Of a DNA stretch of 64,000 nt, positions 40,401 through 52,900 are shown piece after piece. Both the position numbers and the translations under genes were made by a program. Each line of letters opens with the position of its first letter. The stretch's first letter is position 1. A model generated the notes under the pieces. It was given only the letters and a program-made list of their open reading frames with translations, had not been told where the DNA came from and did no database searches. Origin of the DNA: Antedon mediterranea. Lineage: Eukaryota; Animalia; Echinodermata. The stretch lies in assembly GCF_964355755.1 (NCBI RefSeq), contig NC_092671.1, positions 13,950,001 through 14,014,000 on the forward strand, in the 5' to 3' direction.

Positions 40401-41272
40401 GATGAGATGAATCTTGAAATTATCTTGTCATGAGATGGGTACCTATTTACTTGAAGATGAGTTGAATCTTGGAATTTTCTCGTTATGAGATGGGTACATC
40501 TGTACTTGAAGATGAGTTGAAATTTGAAATTGTCATCATGAGATGGGTGCCTCTTTACTTGAAGATGAGTTGAGACTTTACATTGTCTGTCATGTGATGG
40601 GTCCCTCTTTACTTGAAGATGAGTTGAAACTTGAAATTGTCTGGTTATGAGATTGGTCCCTCTTTACTTGAAGATGAGCTTAAACTTGAAATTGTCTAGT
40701 CATGAGATGGATACATCTTTACTTGAGGATGAGTTGAAACTTGAAATTGTCTTGTCATGAGATGGGTGCCGCTTTACTTGAAGATGAGTTGAAACTTGAA
40801 ATTGTCTTGTCAAGAGATGAGTGCATCTTTACCTGAAGATGAGTTTAATCTTGAAATTGTCTTGTCATGAGATGGGTACCTATTTACTTGAAGATGAGTT
40901 GAGACTTTATATTGTCTGTCATGTGATGGGTCCCTCTTTACTTGAAGATGAGTTGAAACTTGAAAATGTCTGGTCATGAGATTGGTCCCTCTTTACTTAA
41001 AGATGAGTTGAGACTTGAAATTGTCTAGTCATGAGATGGGTACATCTTTACTTGAAGATGAGCTGAAACTTGAAATTGTCTTGTCATGAGATGGGTGCCG
41101 CTTTACTTGAAGATGAGTTGAAACTTGAAATTGCCTTCATGAGATGGGTACATCTGTACTTGAAGATGAGTTGAAACTTGGCATTGTCTTGTCATGAAGA
41201 TGAGTTAAAACTTGAAATTGTCTTGTTATGAGATGTGTAAATCTTTACTTGAAGAGTTGAACCTTGAAATTG
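28450..41272. repeat. Satellite array, 55-bp monomer, ~220 copies, with higher-order duplications
   Basis: Consensus GAGATGGGTACATCTTTACTTGAAGATGAGTTGAAACTTGAAATTGTCTTGTCAT (for example, starts at 28856 and 28911). A ~134-bp spacer occurs at 30881, 32324 and 33721. Confidence 0.98.
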
Positions 41273-41519
41273 AATCATGTTGCAAGAACATCTAGGTCTA
41301 GTTTTGATGCTAAATCCAAGACTCAGACCTGAAAAATAACTACTAGGAGATTGCAATGAAAGCATTGTTTTTAATTAGAACCTTAAAGAGCATTACAACT
41401 GTCAACACTGCAAAAACAACTGTTCACAATTTATGAGTAATGAATTGTGCAAAAACCTTGAAATGTAATGTCAATGTTTTATTTTAAATTTTTAAAAATA
41501 CAAAAACAGTCATTATATC

Positions 41520-42846
41520 GACAACACTGTTCAAATGAGCAGGGAGGGTTTCATCCTATACTGCTCACATGAACTGACGTGAATTTATTTTTTCTGAATT
41601 TAATGAAAATCATGAAATACAGACAATACTTATTCAACATTTATTTTAAATGACTTTTTCCTAAATGTATTGAATTGAATATTTTATATAAATACAAAAA
41701 CAAGGCAGAAACATTTAATTGAAATTTTATTTGAAAACGGTTTATGATATGAAAACAAAATGACACAATGACTATTTAAAAAATTAAAAAGTATTTATGA
41801 TCAGAGTAAACAACCACGCATTATATAGAGAACACAGTTCGCATGAGCAGTGTAGGTTTTCAACCTACACTGCTCACATGAACTGTGAATTAACTGGAAA
41901 TGATAGCTTGCGAAAAACGACTAGAGCAAACCATGAACATGAAAGGACATGGACGATAGTAAAAAGATTTAAGTTTTTCAGGATTAAATGTTAAAAAAGT
42001 AATTTTTTTTAAAGTAATGAAATAGACAGACAATATTTATTCAACGTTTATGGAAAATTTGTTTTTTCTTTTTCCCTAAATGTATTTTCCTTAAATACAA
42101 AAATAAGACACAGAAACATTGTAAGGTTGAAATTTTATTTGAAAACTAGGCAAAAAAATTGGCAATTATGATATGAAGTGAAAGAAAAACAACACAAAGA
42201 CTATTTTCAAAATGTCATTTTATTTATGAGCAGAGTGAACAACAACGCATTATATAGACAACACAGTTCACATGAGCAGTCAACCTATACTGCTCACATG
42301 AACTGTGAATTAGCAGAAAATGATAGCGAACTTGCGAAAAAACAACTAGAGCAAACCATGAACATGAAAGGACATGGACAATAGTAACAAGATTATGATT
42401 TTAGTTTTTCCGAATTAAATGTTAAAAATATTAATGTTTTCTTTTTTAAAGTAATGAAATAAATAGACAGACAATATTTTTTCAACATTTATTGAAATTT
42501 TTTAAATTTTTTTCCTAAATGTATTGTGAATATTTTCCTTAAATACAAAATTAAGACACAAAAACATTTTAAGTGTTGAAATTTTATTTGAAAACTAGAG
42601 AAAATGCGGCAATTATGTTATGATGTGAAAGAAAAACGACACAAAGACTATTTTCTTAATGTCAATTTATTTATGATCAGAGTAAACAACCACGCATTAT
42701 ATAGACGACACAGTTCACATTAGCAGTGTAGGCTGTCAACCTATACTGCTCAAATGAACTGTGAATTACCAGAAAATTATAGCATACTTGCGAAAAAACG
42801 ACTAGAGCAAACCATGAACATGAAAGGACATGGACGATAGTAAAAA
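41520..42846. repeat. ~430-bp tandem repeat (3+ copies), each with a strong hairpin
   Basis: ACACAGTTCACATGAGCAG...CTGCTCACATGAACTG at ~41524, 41832, 42261 and 42708. Confidence 0.88.
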
Positions 42847-44749
42847 GAGACTACAAATTGATACCACAAGATGCCATTAAACACCATGGCAAAACCTTAA
42901 GTAACAAGCCTAGCAGCTAAATCTTACTTGTTTTGAAGCTTTGGTGCTCGAAGCGATGTCTTGCTGCGTTAGTAACTTACCTTTGTGCTTCCGTTTTTTT
43001 TAAACAAAAATAGGGCTAGAAATAAACCAGTGTGCAAGGAATAGGGGATTGCACTCTGGGTGTTGTATCATGCATTATCTAAAGAGTTAGTAAAAATCAA
43101 ATAACACAATATTATTGTGTTATCTTAATTACCTTACAATTGTAAAAATATGACATGTATGTTTAAATAAAAAGCTCATTAACCTGTTATGGTCATATAA
43201 TACTAAAAATAATCATTTAAGTTTATAATTATAACAAAAATCAGAATAGTGAAAATATTTGTAAATTGGTTTCTTTCTTGGCTTGATACTTCTTGTGTGT
43301 TAGTAACTGAAAACAAAATGCACTATAACACAAGTACAGATTGTATAAATTTATAAAAACATAAGCAATATATAATCTTTTTTTATTATAAATAACGTAT
43401 TTTCTATCATTGTAATAACTATTTAAAAAATCATATCAATGCATGATACAACATTAGGATACACAAATACCTATTTTATATTATATAGATTATAATATTA
43501 TATAGTATTTGTGTGTGGATGATGTGAAGAGGACAAATTCAGGAACAGTTCATTGACCTATAAAAATAAAAAATTAACTTATTCTAAAATGTTAGTATAC
43601 CTGTAAAATAATAAACCATAAACTAACATATATATATATTCTAACTTTTGTAATTATATATATGTTAGTTTAAATTGGTTTTGCTGATTAGATCTTACTA
43701 TGTTTTGAGGTCTTCATGTCATCAAGGAAAAAAACACAATGTTTCATCTAGGCCAGAACACAAATCTTGTAAAACATTGAGGATGGACACATGAACAAGG
43801 TGAACGTTGCACGACCATGAATGTTTTATAGAGGAGTTGGACAAAGAACGGCATCAAGAGACTTGTGTAGGCAGACAAAAAATACCAAATTTTGTAGTTT
43901 TAAAGCAGGTGAACATCCTGTAAATTAAATTAAAAGTCAGACCTGCAAAAAAATGTTAAACCATTAGTTAATAGCATCCTATCCTGTAAATACCAACATT
44001 AAATGATGTGGTACTATTAATATACTAATCAACTTGCATCACCTCTATAAAAACTAGGGCTGGCAAATGAACAAAACAATTTAAAAATACAAGAAATTAT
44101 TATATGAGACATACATAATAATTAGTAAGACAGTAATAATGAGTCTTCTAATTCAACAGTTTTAAATAAAATCTATTTTACAAATAGGGTGACAAGGTAT
44201 ATTATAATAAACCATGTTTCATTGTATTAAATGTTTTCCTGTTATATCATATATGTATTACAATGTAATGGAGTACTATGCATGATTTAATATGGATAAT
44301 TCCCAAACCACAATGTTTGGCTAAACAAAAGATGAGAGGACAGCTATCACCTGACTGGCAAACGATAATAAAACAAAAATGGCTGTATCATTTTTCTTTA
44401 CAAAATATGCAGTTTATAGGAACGATTTTGATTAAATAAAGATGATTAAGTAAAGATGATTAAGTAAAGATGATGAACACTGAATGTGATGAAAATTAAT
44501 TATAGGTAGGCCTGTGTGGTTAGGGTAGCCCGGTCAACAATTCGGAATGAAAGATCAACGACCTGCCTGTGGTATGCAAGGAAGGTGATAAAGTAGGCTA
44601 GGCTACGACACAGTCAGTTATGTTAAATAATAGATTTAAAGGCAATGAGGTTCCAGAATTGTTTTAAATTATGAGTAATTACATTTCCGTTTATGTTGTG
44701 TCAGCAGCTCATACGTATGAATTAGTGTACATTTTTAAACAAATAAAAC

Positions 44750-44990
44750 ACCTACCTACTAACAAGTCCTCTCCTAGCTGTCTCCTCGGCGCTGTCCGCA
44801 TACCAAAAGACAGGAATTTAGGCCAGACGAAGTAAAACTTAGTATGCAAATTAGACGATGGACCTTATTATTACTTTGATTGGCTGAGAGAATGACGCAT
44901 TGGCTGTTGATTGGCTTATTTAGCAATCACTGTTGCCGCGTACTCTGAATATTCTGGTACATTACGATTGGACGACGTTTTGACTTTACG
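44750..44990 (-). promoter_or_regulatory. Promoter-like segment (four CCAAT boxes, octamer) with a candidate first exon
   Basis: ATTGG at 44879, 44899, 44910 and 44967, and ATGCAAAT at 44844-44851. A GC-rich stretch ends in a minus-strand AG|GTAGGT donor near 44755. Confidence 0.4.
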
Positions 44991-46407
44991 TCTGCTGGCT
45001 GCTCACTCCCCCTGATAGAAACTCCACTATATTGTATGTTGACTTCTCTCACTCCCTCTGTTGGGAATTAAGCCCACTTTCTCCGCGCTCCCAGTGTGGG
45101 TAAATTACTATTAGCCTAGTTGGTTTCAATGTTTCTAAGCCTAATCAAACTAATATTATTGCAACAGTTTCTGTTTATTATTTATACATACACATTTACG
45201 CATCTGCGTTAATATGACTTTAGAAACTTTTACCAACTATAGAGGGCGCTAGACATTTTTCAATGCCATCACAGTCCACAATGGCAGAAAGTCTAGATCT
45301 GTATTTTCAATTCTCATGACATCTACAAACGACCACCAGACAAGCGTTTTTTTTTAATTAGTGAAGTGAAAGTAGAACACAATAAAAATTCTATTCCAGA
45401 GGTATACTTTTTTATACTATAATTTTGATTAAATTTAATTGGAATTTATATATAGCATTCTGTATTCCATACAAGATCTAGATAGCATTGTGAGTTAACA
45501 TAACCTAATATTTATAACAACACTGCAGTAAAAAAAACACAATAGTCTATTATCTTCAAAACATTTGAAATTATATTTACAGGATTCCACGCAGAACATG
45601 TGATTATTATACCACAATTTATTATTAAAGCTTACGGAAATTACACTGTATCCTAAATGCTGTCATTAGATTACATTTGGTCATGGTTAAAAACTCCCAC
45701 ATGCTTCAAGTGTTAAAAATGTATGTAGTTACACTCTGAATAACAACATTTAACTTAAGCGATTTAAAATATTACACTTGCTGGATCCATTTAAATACAC
45801 TACTGCCAGGGTTTTTTTTTATTTCTATATTTCTAAGAATCTGTTATCATTTTAAATATTTAAGAAAACTAAACAATTTACGGATACAAGTTATGTTTTG
45901 CTGCACTATATGTATTACAAAATTTTAAAATATTTTTTTTAGAAAGAAGCGCATAGCAAATTTTTATACTCAAACTTCAATTACTGCATTTTTACTTCAT
46001 TTTCTATTAACAAAAAAACCCATTGGAAAGTACAGAATTTAAAACGAGCAAGTGATCATCGCATAAAAGGATTCATCATCACACTAAAAAAGTGGACTAT
46101 TTACATGAAAATTAGACTGTTTTAGTACAGAAAGTATGTGACATTAAATTAAATTATACACAATTAAATATATAGATTCCTAAATGAGATCATTCATGGA
46201 AAGAAAACAGGTTGGCTAATATTATTATCATTACATTCCCTAGTTGATTTCAACCAGAAAGTAACTTAAAGTTTAAACCAATCTAAACTGAATTTGTGTA
46301 CAAAGTTTATTCAGTGGTTCTGTTTTGGCCCAAAGGAAAATAACTTGTTCATACTAGTACATGAACAAAATAAAAGTGTTTACAGTGTCAATTAGGTAGA
46401 AAGGGAC

Positions 46408-46700
46408 AGTGCCCTTTGCCCTTACTTAAGTAACAAGTTATAGTATGCCTCAACTTAAGCAGCAAGGTAAAGTACCCTTACTTAAGGGACATGTTATACA
46501 GTAGTATGCTCTGACTTAAACAGCTGGGTAAAGTGCCCTTACTTAAGTAACAATTTATAGTATGCTCTGACTTAAACAGCTGGGTAAAGTACCCTTACTT
46601 AAGGGACATGTTATACAATAGCATGCCCTTACTTAAGCAACAAGTTATAAAGTAGTATGCCCTTACTTTAAACAGCAGGGTAACAACAGGTAAAGTGCCC
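46408..46700. repeat. Short tandem array of GCCCTTACTTAAG units downstream of the TOP2 stop
   Basis: About 9 units of 28-35 bp containing CCCTTACTTAAG or CTGACTTAAAC. Confidence 0.75.
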
Positions 46701-46948
46701 TAAATCAAGAACTAAATTTTCATTATTCTACACTTTTATTTTAACAAAAAACATACAAATATTAACTTTTAAACACTAAAAGTTGAAATAGAATTGTTTT
46801 ACTTAACTCTATTTTAAAAGCACAATAAATTACAATTTGTTTACAGTTTTATATTAAACCAAAATACTGGCACTACTAACATAATATTTTATGTTAAACC
46901 AGCTCAACTGGTTGAAGTCAATTTGACAAGTATATAAATATACTTTCC

Positions 46949-49900
46949 TTAAAAATCGCTGTCTTCGTCTATGACCTCCTGTTTCTCTTCCTCCTCCTCC
47001 TCATCATCATAAGTGTACTTGACAGTGGTACGTGCTCTTCCTCCAGCACGTACTGGAACGACAGGACTGCTAAGCTCATCATCATCATCATTAAATGATA
47101 AGTCGCTCTCACCTGATGACCACTGCATCTTCTTTTTCTTGGGCTGTTAGGAAAAAGGTCCAATTTTTAATTATTATTATCCATAATAATATAAGAATAA
47201 TTATTGTCTATTAAAAATGCTTAAAATATTATGAGAAGTGTTTTTAAACACAATACTACGGGTAAATAAGGCGTTGATTTTTACCTTGCATAGATCTGCA
47301 ATACGCAGAGCACAGATCTTTAAGCTAGGCGTATCTAAATTAGACTGGGTGGATTAAATTTATAGACACTGAGATGACAGCTTATTTAAGAAACTGTGCT
47401 CAAGATATAATTCTCTCATTTACTGTTAGCCAAGTGTGGGATTTTGGTAACCTGTAACTTCTCAATCATTTCTCTATTTACCTTGGAAGCTTTCTTTGCT
47501 GCTTGTTTCTTGACCGGCTTCTTTGTTACTTCCTCATCAGAATCAGAATCAAGTAATATTGGCTTCTTTTGCTTCTTAACCGGTTTGGCATCATCTATTA
47601 AATAGAACAGTTGTTAGTAGACTTCATTATTACATAACGACAACAAAATAATTGACAAATGGTAATAAGGTATAGCTTATCAAAGCCTATAAATGAACGT
47701 AATTTCTTGAAAAAATGAGAAAACTAATAAGCAGGATTAAATGGCATTGAAAAACCATCACCGTAACTTCAACGGGTTTGTAGTTAAACAGTCATGGTAA
47801 ATCAAGGTCTGTCAATATGTTTTTAATTCTTAATGAACAGATTGGACAATAAAGTGTTTGAACTGAAGCGTATACAATGCTTGTTTGTGAAAACAATATC
47901 TACCTGAATTGCTAGATGCTTTTTTGGGAGCTGCTGCCTTCTTAGGGGCAGCCTTCTTCTTAGGCTTGCTTGTCTCCGCTGTGCTGGATGACTTTCCAGT
48001 TGCTGAACAAACATAAAGTAGGTAAATGTTTATTTAAAAAATAAATGTTAACTTTTTGGTTAAACCAGTTGACAAGTACTTACTTGCTACGTTAACATTT
48101 TTTTTTAAATATCCATTTGAAACCAGATGAAATTTTTTGAACGTGTAAATGTTTAATTGTTCATAGTTCTAGTATAGTTTCATTTAGGCAACATACATCT
48201 CAAGACGAATAAACTGTTTATTATATTTTAAGATTCCTGGTACCACAACAGTATTTTTGTTGTTTTGTTGTGGTTACTGTACACATTATTTAAAATTCTG
48301 TAATAGGCTTATTATACCCATAACATTTGACAACTAAGACAATTTCCAGATTCAGATTTATAGGTCATTTCGGAAATTCATTAGCTTGTTCTCACTCATA
48401 CAAAGGGTAAACATTGACAACATTATAGGTAACTTCCAAAACATCCAGTACCATTATATCCTCATTATACCTTTTTTCTTTTCTGCTTTCATCATCTCAT
48501 CAAACGCATCAATCTTATCAGAAGCACCATCAGACTTCTTATCAGAAGCACTATCGGACTTCTTATCAGAAGCGCTATCAGACTTCTTATCAGATTTCTT
48601 ATCATCAAAATCGTCATCATCATCATCTGACCAATTGTCCAATCTTGGTTTTTTTGTTGGTTGAAATCCTAACTTGCTTTGTTTCATTTTGTCACCTACT
48701 AAAAGAGGTTTAAAAATGTTACTGAATCATGTTTTGTAGCAAGCTGACCAAAATAAGAATAAGAACTAATGCTATCGCACAGCTATGTAAATCTCAATTC
48801 AAAGTCTCAATTTCATAATCAAAAGAAAATTAATTAATGTAATTATGTAGTTAATGTTAAAAGCCTCATTGATTAAATTTTATACATCATATTCCTCTCA
48901 TGTATTTATCAAAATAGAACCAAAATAAAACAAATGCAGCAGAATACTTTCTTAAATATCATTTATTCATAAATTGCCTTTAAAATCTATCATAACTATG
49001 AAAAAATGAATAATGAAAGGTTCTATCACCTTATGATAATTTTTAAACTTTTCCATAACGCTGGTAAAAAATTATGGTTCAGTTCTAAGCCGTTCCGTAG
49101 TGAATTTACCCAACAACTACTGGCTTGACCATTTGCAAATGTAGTTCTATAATTTGTACTTAGGAATTTATCTGTGGTCAGTTTTGAAAATGGTAATAAT
49201 CTAAAATTATAATTCTGCATTGCATTTGTTTTATAGTATTTTGGAATAGATGCTAGGGTGGAAAATTCTCTGAGTGGTGGGTTGTAGAAAAGTGGCAAGT
49301 TTGTACCATTAGATGCTTTGGACTTGTCTTTAGCAGCCAGTCGTTCAGCTAGTGACAACACGGCTGTTTCATCTGTTGGTTCATCCTTTATAAACAGTTC
49401 TTTCTTGATGTTGTCTTCTTTTGGTTTCTATTAAAGAAATATGAAACCAACTAAGTATGAGTGAGTGGCTGAGCAGTAGAAGGTAGAGAAACTGTAATCC
49501 ACAGCCTTATGACAAGGGTTTGAGGCTCACTTGCTTCATGATTCTGGTGGTAGAATGAGTCTTCTCAGATAAGGACTATAAACTGTAGGCCCAGTGTACA
49601 CAAAATGCTTGTGTGCACTTAAAAGAACCTAAGTACATCTTTTGAGTAAGTTAAGATGGACTAGCTCACAGTCACTGTTATGGACATACGCTGTAGTTGG
49701 CAACAGTGACATGACAAGAATACAAGACATGATCACTAAATACCTCTAGCTGCTGCTTTGTGTTGTATAGAATTATCCATTGCACATAAATACTAGACAA
49801 TAACCTATGAATATTCATTAATGGCCATTATGACACCTATTTACTAGAGTATAGAGTATCTCTTTATATAGGCATATCCATTGAATTGAGTCTCTTCACC

Positions 49901-52900
49901 TTTTGTTCATTGGCTACAATAGTAATTGCACAATAAATGTATTGGTAACCAAATAGTTATGAGATTTATTTAAATACAAAAGTACTAAAATAGTTAAAAT
50001 GTACATGACATAATTTTGTATAACAAATTATGGAGCTACAAGGCTACTACAAAAAACTCACCCTTTTCCTGGAAATTTTGGCCTTCAAAGCTTCATCAAT
50101 TCTAGGTACAACACGACGTCCCATAGGAGATGGCCTAGTTTCAGCAAGTACTACGCGTTTCTTTAGCTTGCCACCTCCAAGTTTATTTTTGGCTTTTGTG
50201 GCAGCTTTTTCCGCAATTTTGTCTCCTGCAATTAAATCATCTCTTTCTTTCTGTTCAACAACCTATTTCAGAGAGCAAAATGAAGTTCATTATGTATAAA
50301 GTTAGAGAATACAAATCAAGTGTTGTGCCCAGAAGAACTGAAAAACAATAGTGTAACATTCAGCAATTACAAGCACATCAAAAGATCTATTTTACACAAT
50401 TCATGCACAAACATGTCAAAGGTATGTAATACCATGTCAAGGTGTTCGTAATTATAATAATGATTTGTTTTCTATTTTAGGAAAATTTAAAACATAATCT
50501 CCTTAAAATAAAATTTACAACAATAATATTTTTCAGTTTTTGAACAAGATAAATGAATTAAATGTAAAGCAAAACTAATAATCTTATAATAAAAAAACAT
50601 TTTCAATAAAAGAAGAAAAGAATTATACCTCCAATTCTTCTAGGAAACCTTTGATGTCCTCTTTCCAGAGTATTATGGGGGTTTTTCTCCTGAGGGTAGC
50701 AAGTTCTTGTGCTTTGCCATCACGATTCTTAAGTAACTCGTCTTTCTTCTCCTTAGTCAAGCTCCACATTGCCATACCAAGTAAATAATTATAATCAGGG
50801 CCAGATCCTGAACTTGCTGATGACACGGTGCTCTCTGTGTCGTCTACATCTTCCTCTGTGTCAGTATCAACACTTGCCAACAGTTCTCGGAGGGCCTTGA
50901 CAGGGTCACTTTCATACCCATTGCGGAGAAGTAAGCTTATCATGTCTTTCTTTGTCTTGTTTTCTATGGTAAAAAAAACACACAAAATAGTAATCAATAA
51001 TCTTGCTAAGCTGTTAAATCATCAACTATAAACAAATCGTTGCAGACAGGGATTTGGAAGATGTAAACATAAATATACATGCGTATAAGCTGGCACTTTT
51101 CATTTGTGCAAACAATTCACCTAGTGGAAAATTGGCTTTGGAGATGGAACCACGCTTTTAATTCCAGTGCCTAAAAGAGTAACCTTTATATAACTACAAT
51201 GACCTACTTCCATGCACATGCATGTTCAATGACAACGCAATGCAACAATAACACAAACATACCGACAACAAGTTTCCCTTCAATTTTCTCTAAGATGAAC
51301 CTAGCCTGGTTGTTCAGTCTGTTGCTTTCCGCTTCCAATAACTTCTCCATATGCACCTTACGCTTGTGGTAGTAACGTAAACGGAGATCGTAGAACTCTC
51401 GCAAGATATCCATGACAGTTTCATAACGTTTGATACAGCCAAACTCATCAAACAGAACCTAGTTAAAGACACAATGTAAAGTTCTGTCTACACTATCAAA
51501 CTAGTGCCCAAATATTGTAGTGATATGATGTCATCGTTCTATATATGGGCACATCACACATTATTGATAGTGTAGAGTTTTAGCTTTGGTTTATATTTCA
51601 CACAACTACTGAAATAACTATAGAATGTTATTATACCATTACACTTGGGCATGGAATAGAATACAGTTTGTAGACTATACATAAATAATGTATGTACCAA
51701 TAACAACATGGTTTTTTATTTGCTAAAATTCGGTACATATTTTTCAAATATAAATACTCACCATATTTTGAACTGATAAATTAGTTTGTAATTTGAAAGC
51801 CTTGTGAAGTCCAGTATGCTCCAACTCAGCCAGCTTAGTCTCTGCCAACTTGACTACAAACCTGACAGTCGTGTCTGTGTGATATTCCTTGTAATCTCTA
51901 ATGTAGTATATAATGATGGCAAATAGTGATTTTCAGGTTTTAACAAGACACTAGTCTTAGGGGCTTTCGATGACAAAAATATGTCATGGTTCTTTACTGT
52001 ATACGCATGCAGGAATATCGGTACGCATTTCGTCACTATAATTCATGACGTAGCAAGTAGTCTTTATTATAGACCATTGCTATACCTCGGTCTAACCTGT
52101 AAGCGGTCTTTAAAATTAATGCCTACTCGAAGGAGTCTTAATAGAATGTTAAACCTCTCTTTTTGTTGCTTATACGTATTATTGATCGTGAAAGACAACC
52201 AATTTAAGAGTTTTAAGTGTTAAATCAAATAATAATGGTGATTTTATTCTTATATAGGACTAGAATAGATTTTCTCGCGTAGTAAAAATGTACGTACTGT
52301 TATGAGTGTAAATTGAACAAGCTTGACGAACATTACCTTATTTGGTATTCTACGCGTACGCGGATTGCCCTCAATTTGTTACTGTACGCGCTCAATTTGT
52401 TACTTTACGCGGTCTTAGTTAAGACTGTTTTATAGCAATGGTCTAACAGGGGTGGCTTTAGTAAGAGCGTCTATCTGATAAAGCCGGTTTTAATCGGGGA
52501 GTTAAGACCATCAGTTAAAATAAGACTGTTTTATAGCAATCAGGTGATGATCGATGATACATAAATTGACCTGACCTAGGTTGGTTATCAGCAAAATTGA
52601 AAGCTCCCTAACCATTTGAAACAATAATGGGTGTTTTGTTGTATATTGTAAAAATATGCTATTCAACAATTTTTATTGGCCTAAAATCACACAATAAATA
52701 GTTGTTACTCACTGTATAACGGAAGGCTGTTTGTCAGTGCCATACAACATGGGCTCCAGCACATTCTCCTTGTAAGTCTGGGTCCATGTTCTGACTGGTA
52801 GTTCAGTAATCTCAATGGTGTTATTGTCAATGATTGATATTTCTCCCATTATTACATACTTGCCTGTTTCAATCTCCTCAATGGTGCCTTTAAAACCTTT

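Noticed and set aside
28450-41272. CRISPR array or intact repeat protein
   Set aside because: Monomers are contiguous with no unique spacers, there are no cas genes, and the context is eukaryotic. The 55-bp period brings stop codons every few units.
43698-43917. Functional coding exon
   Set aside because: It has splice-like borders, but the best-looking frame has two stops and no recognisable family. Mentioned only within the decayed-gene hypothesis.
45232-45250. CTCF site (TAGAGGGCGCTA)
   Set aside because: It is a partial match to a short motif with no supporting evidence.
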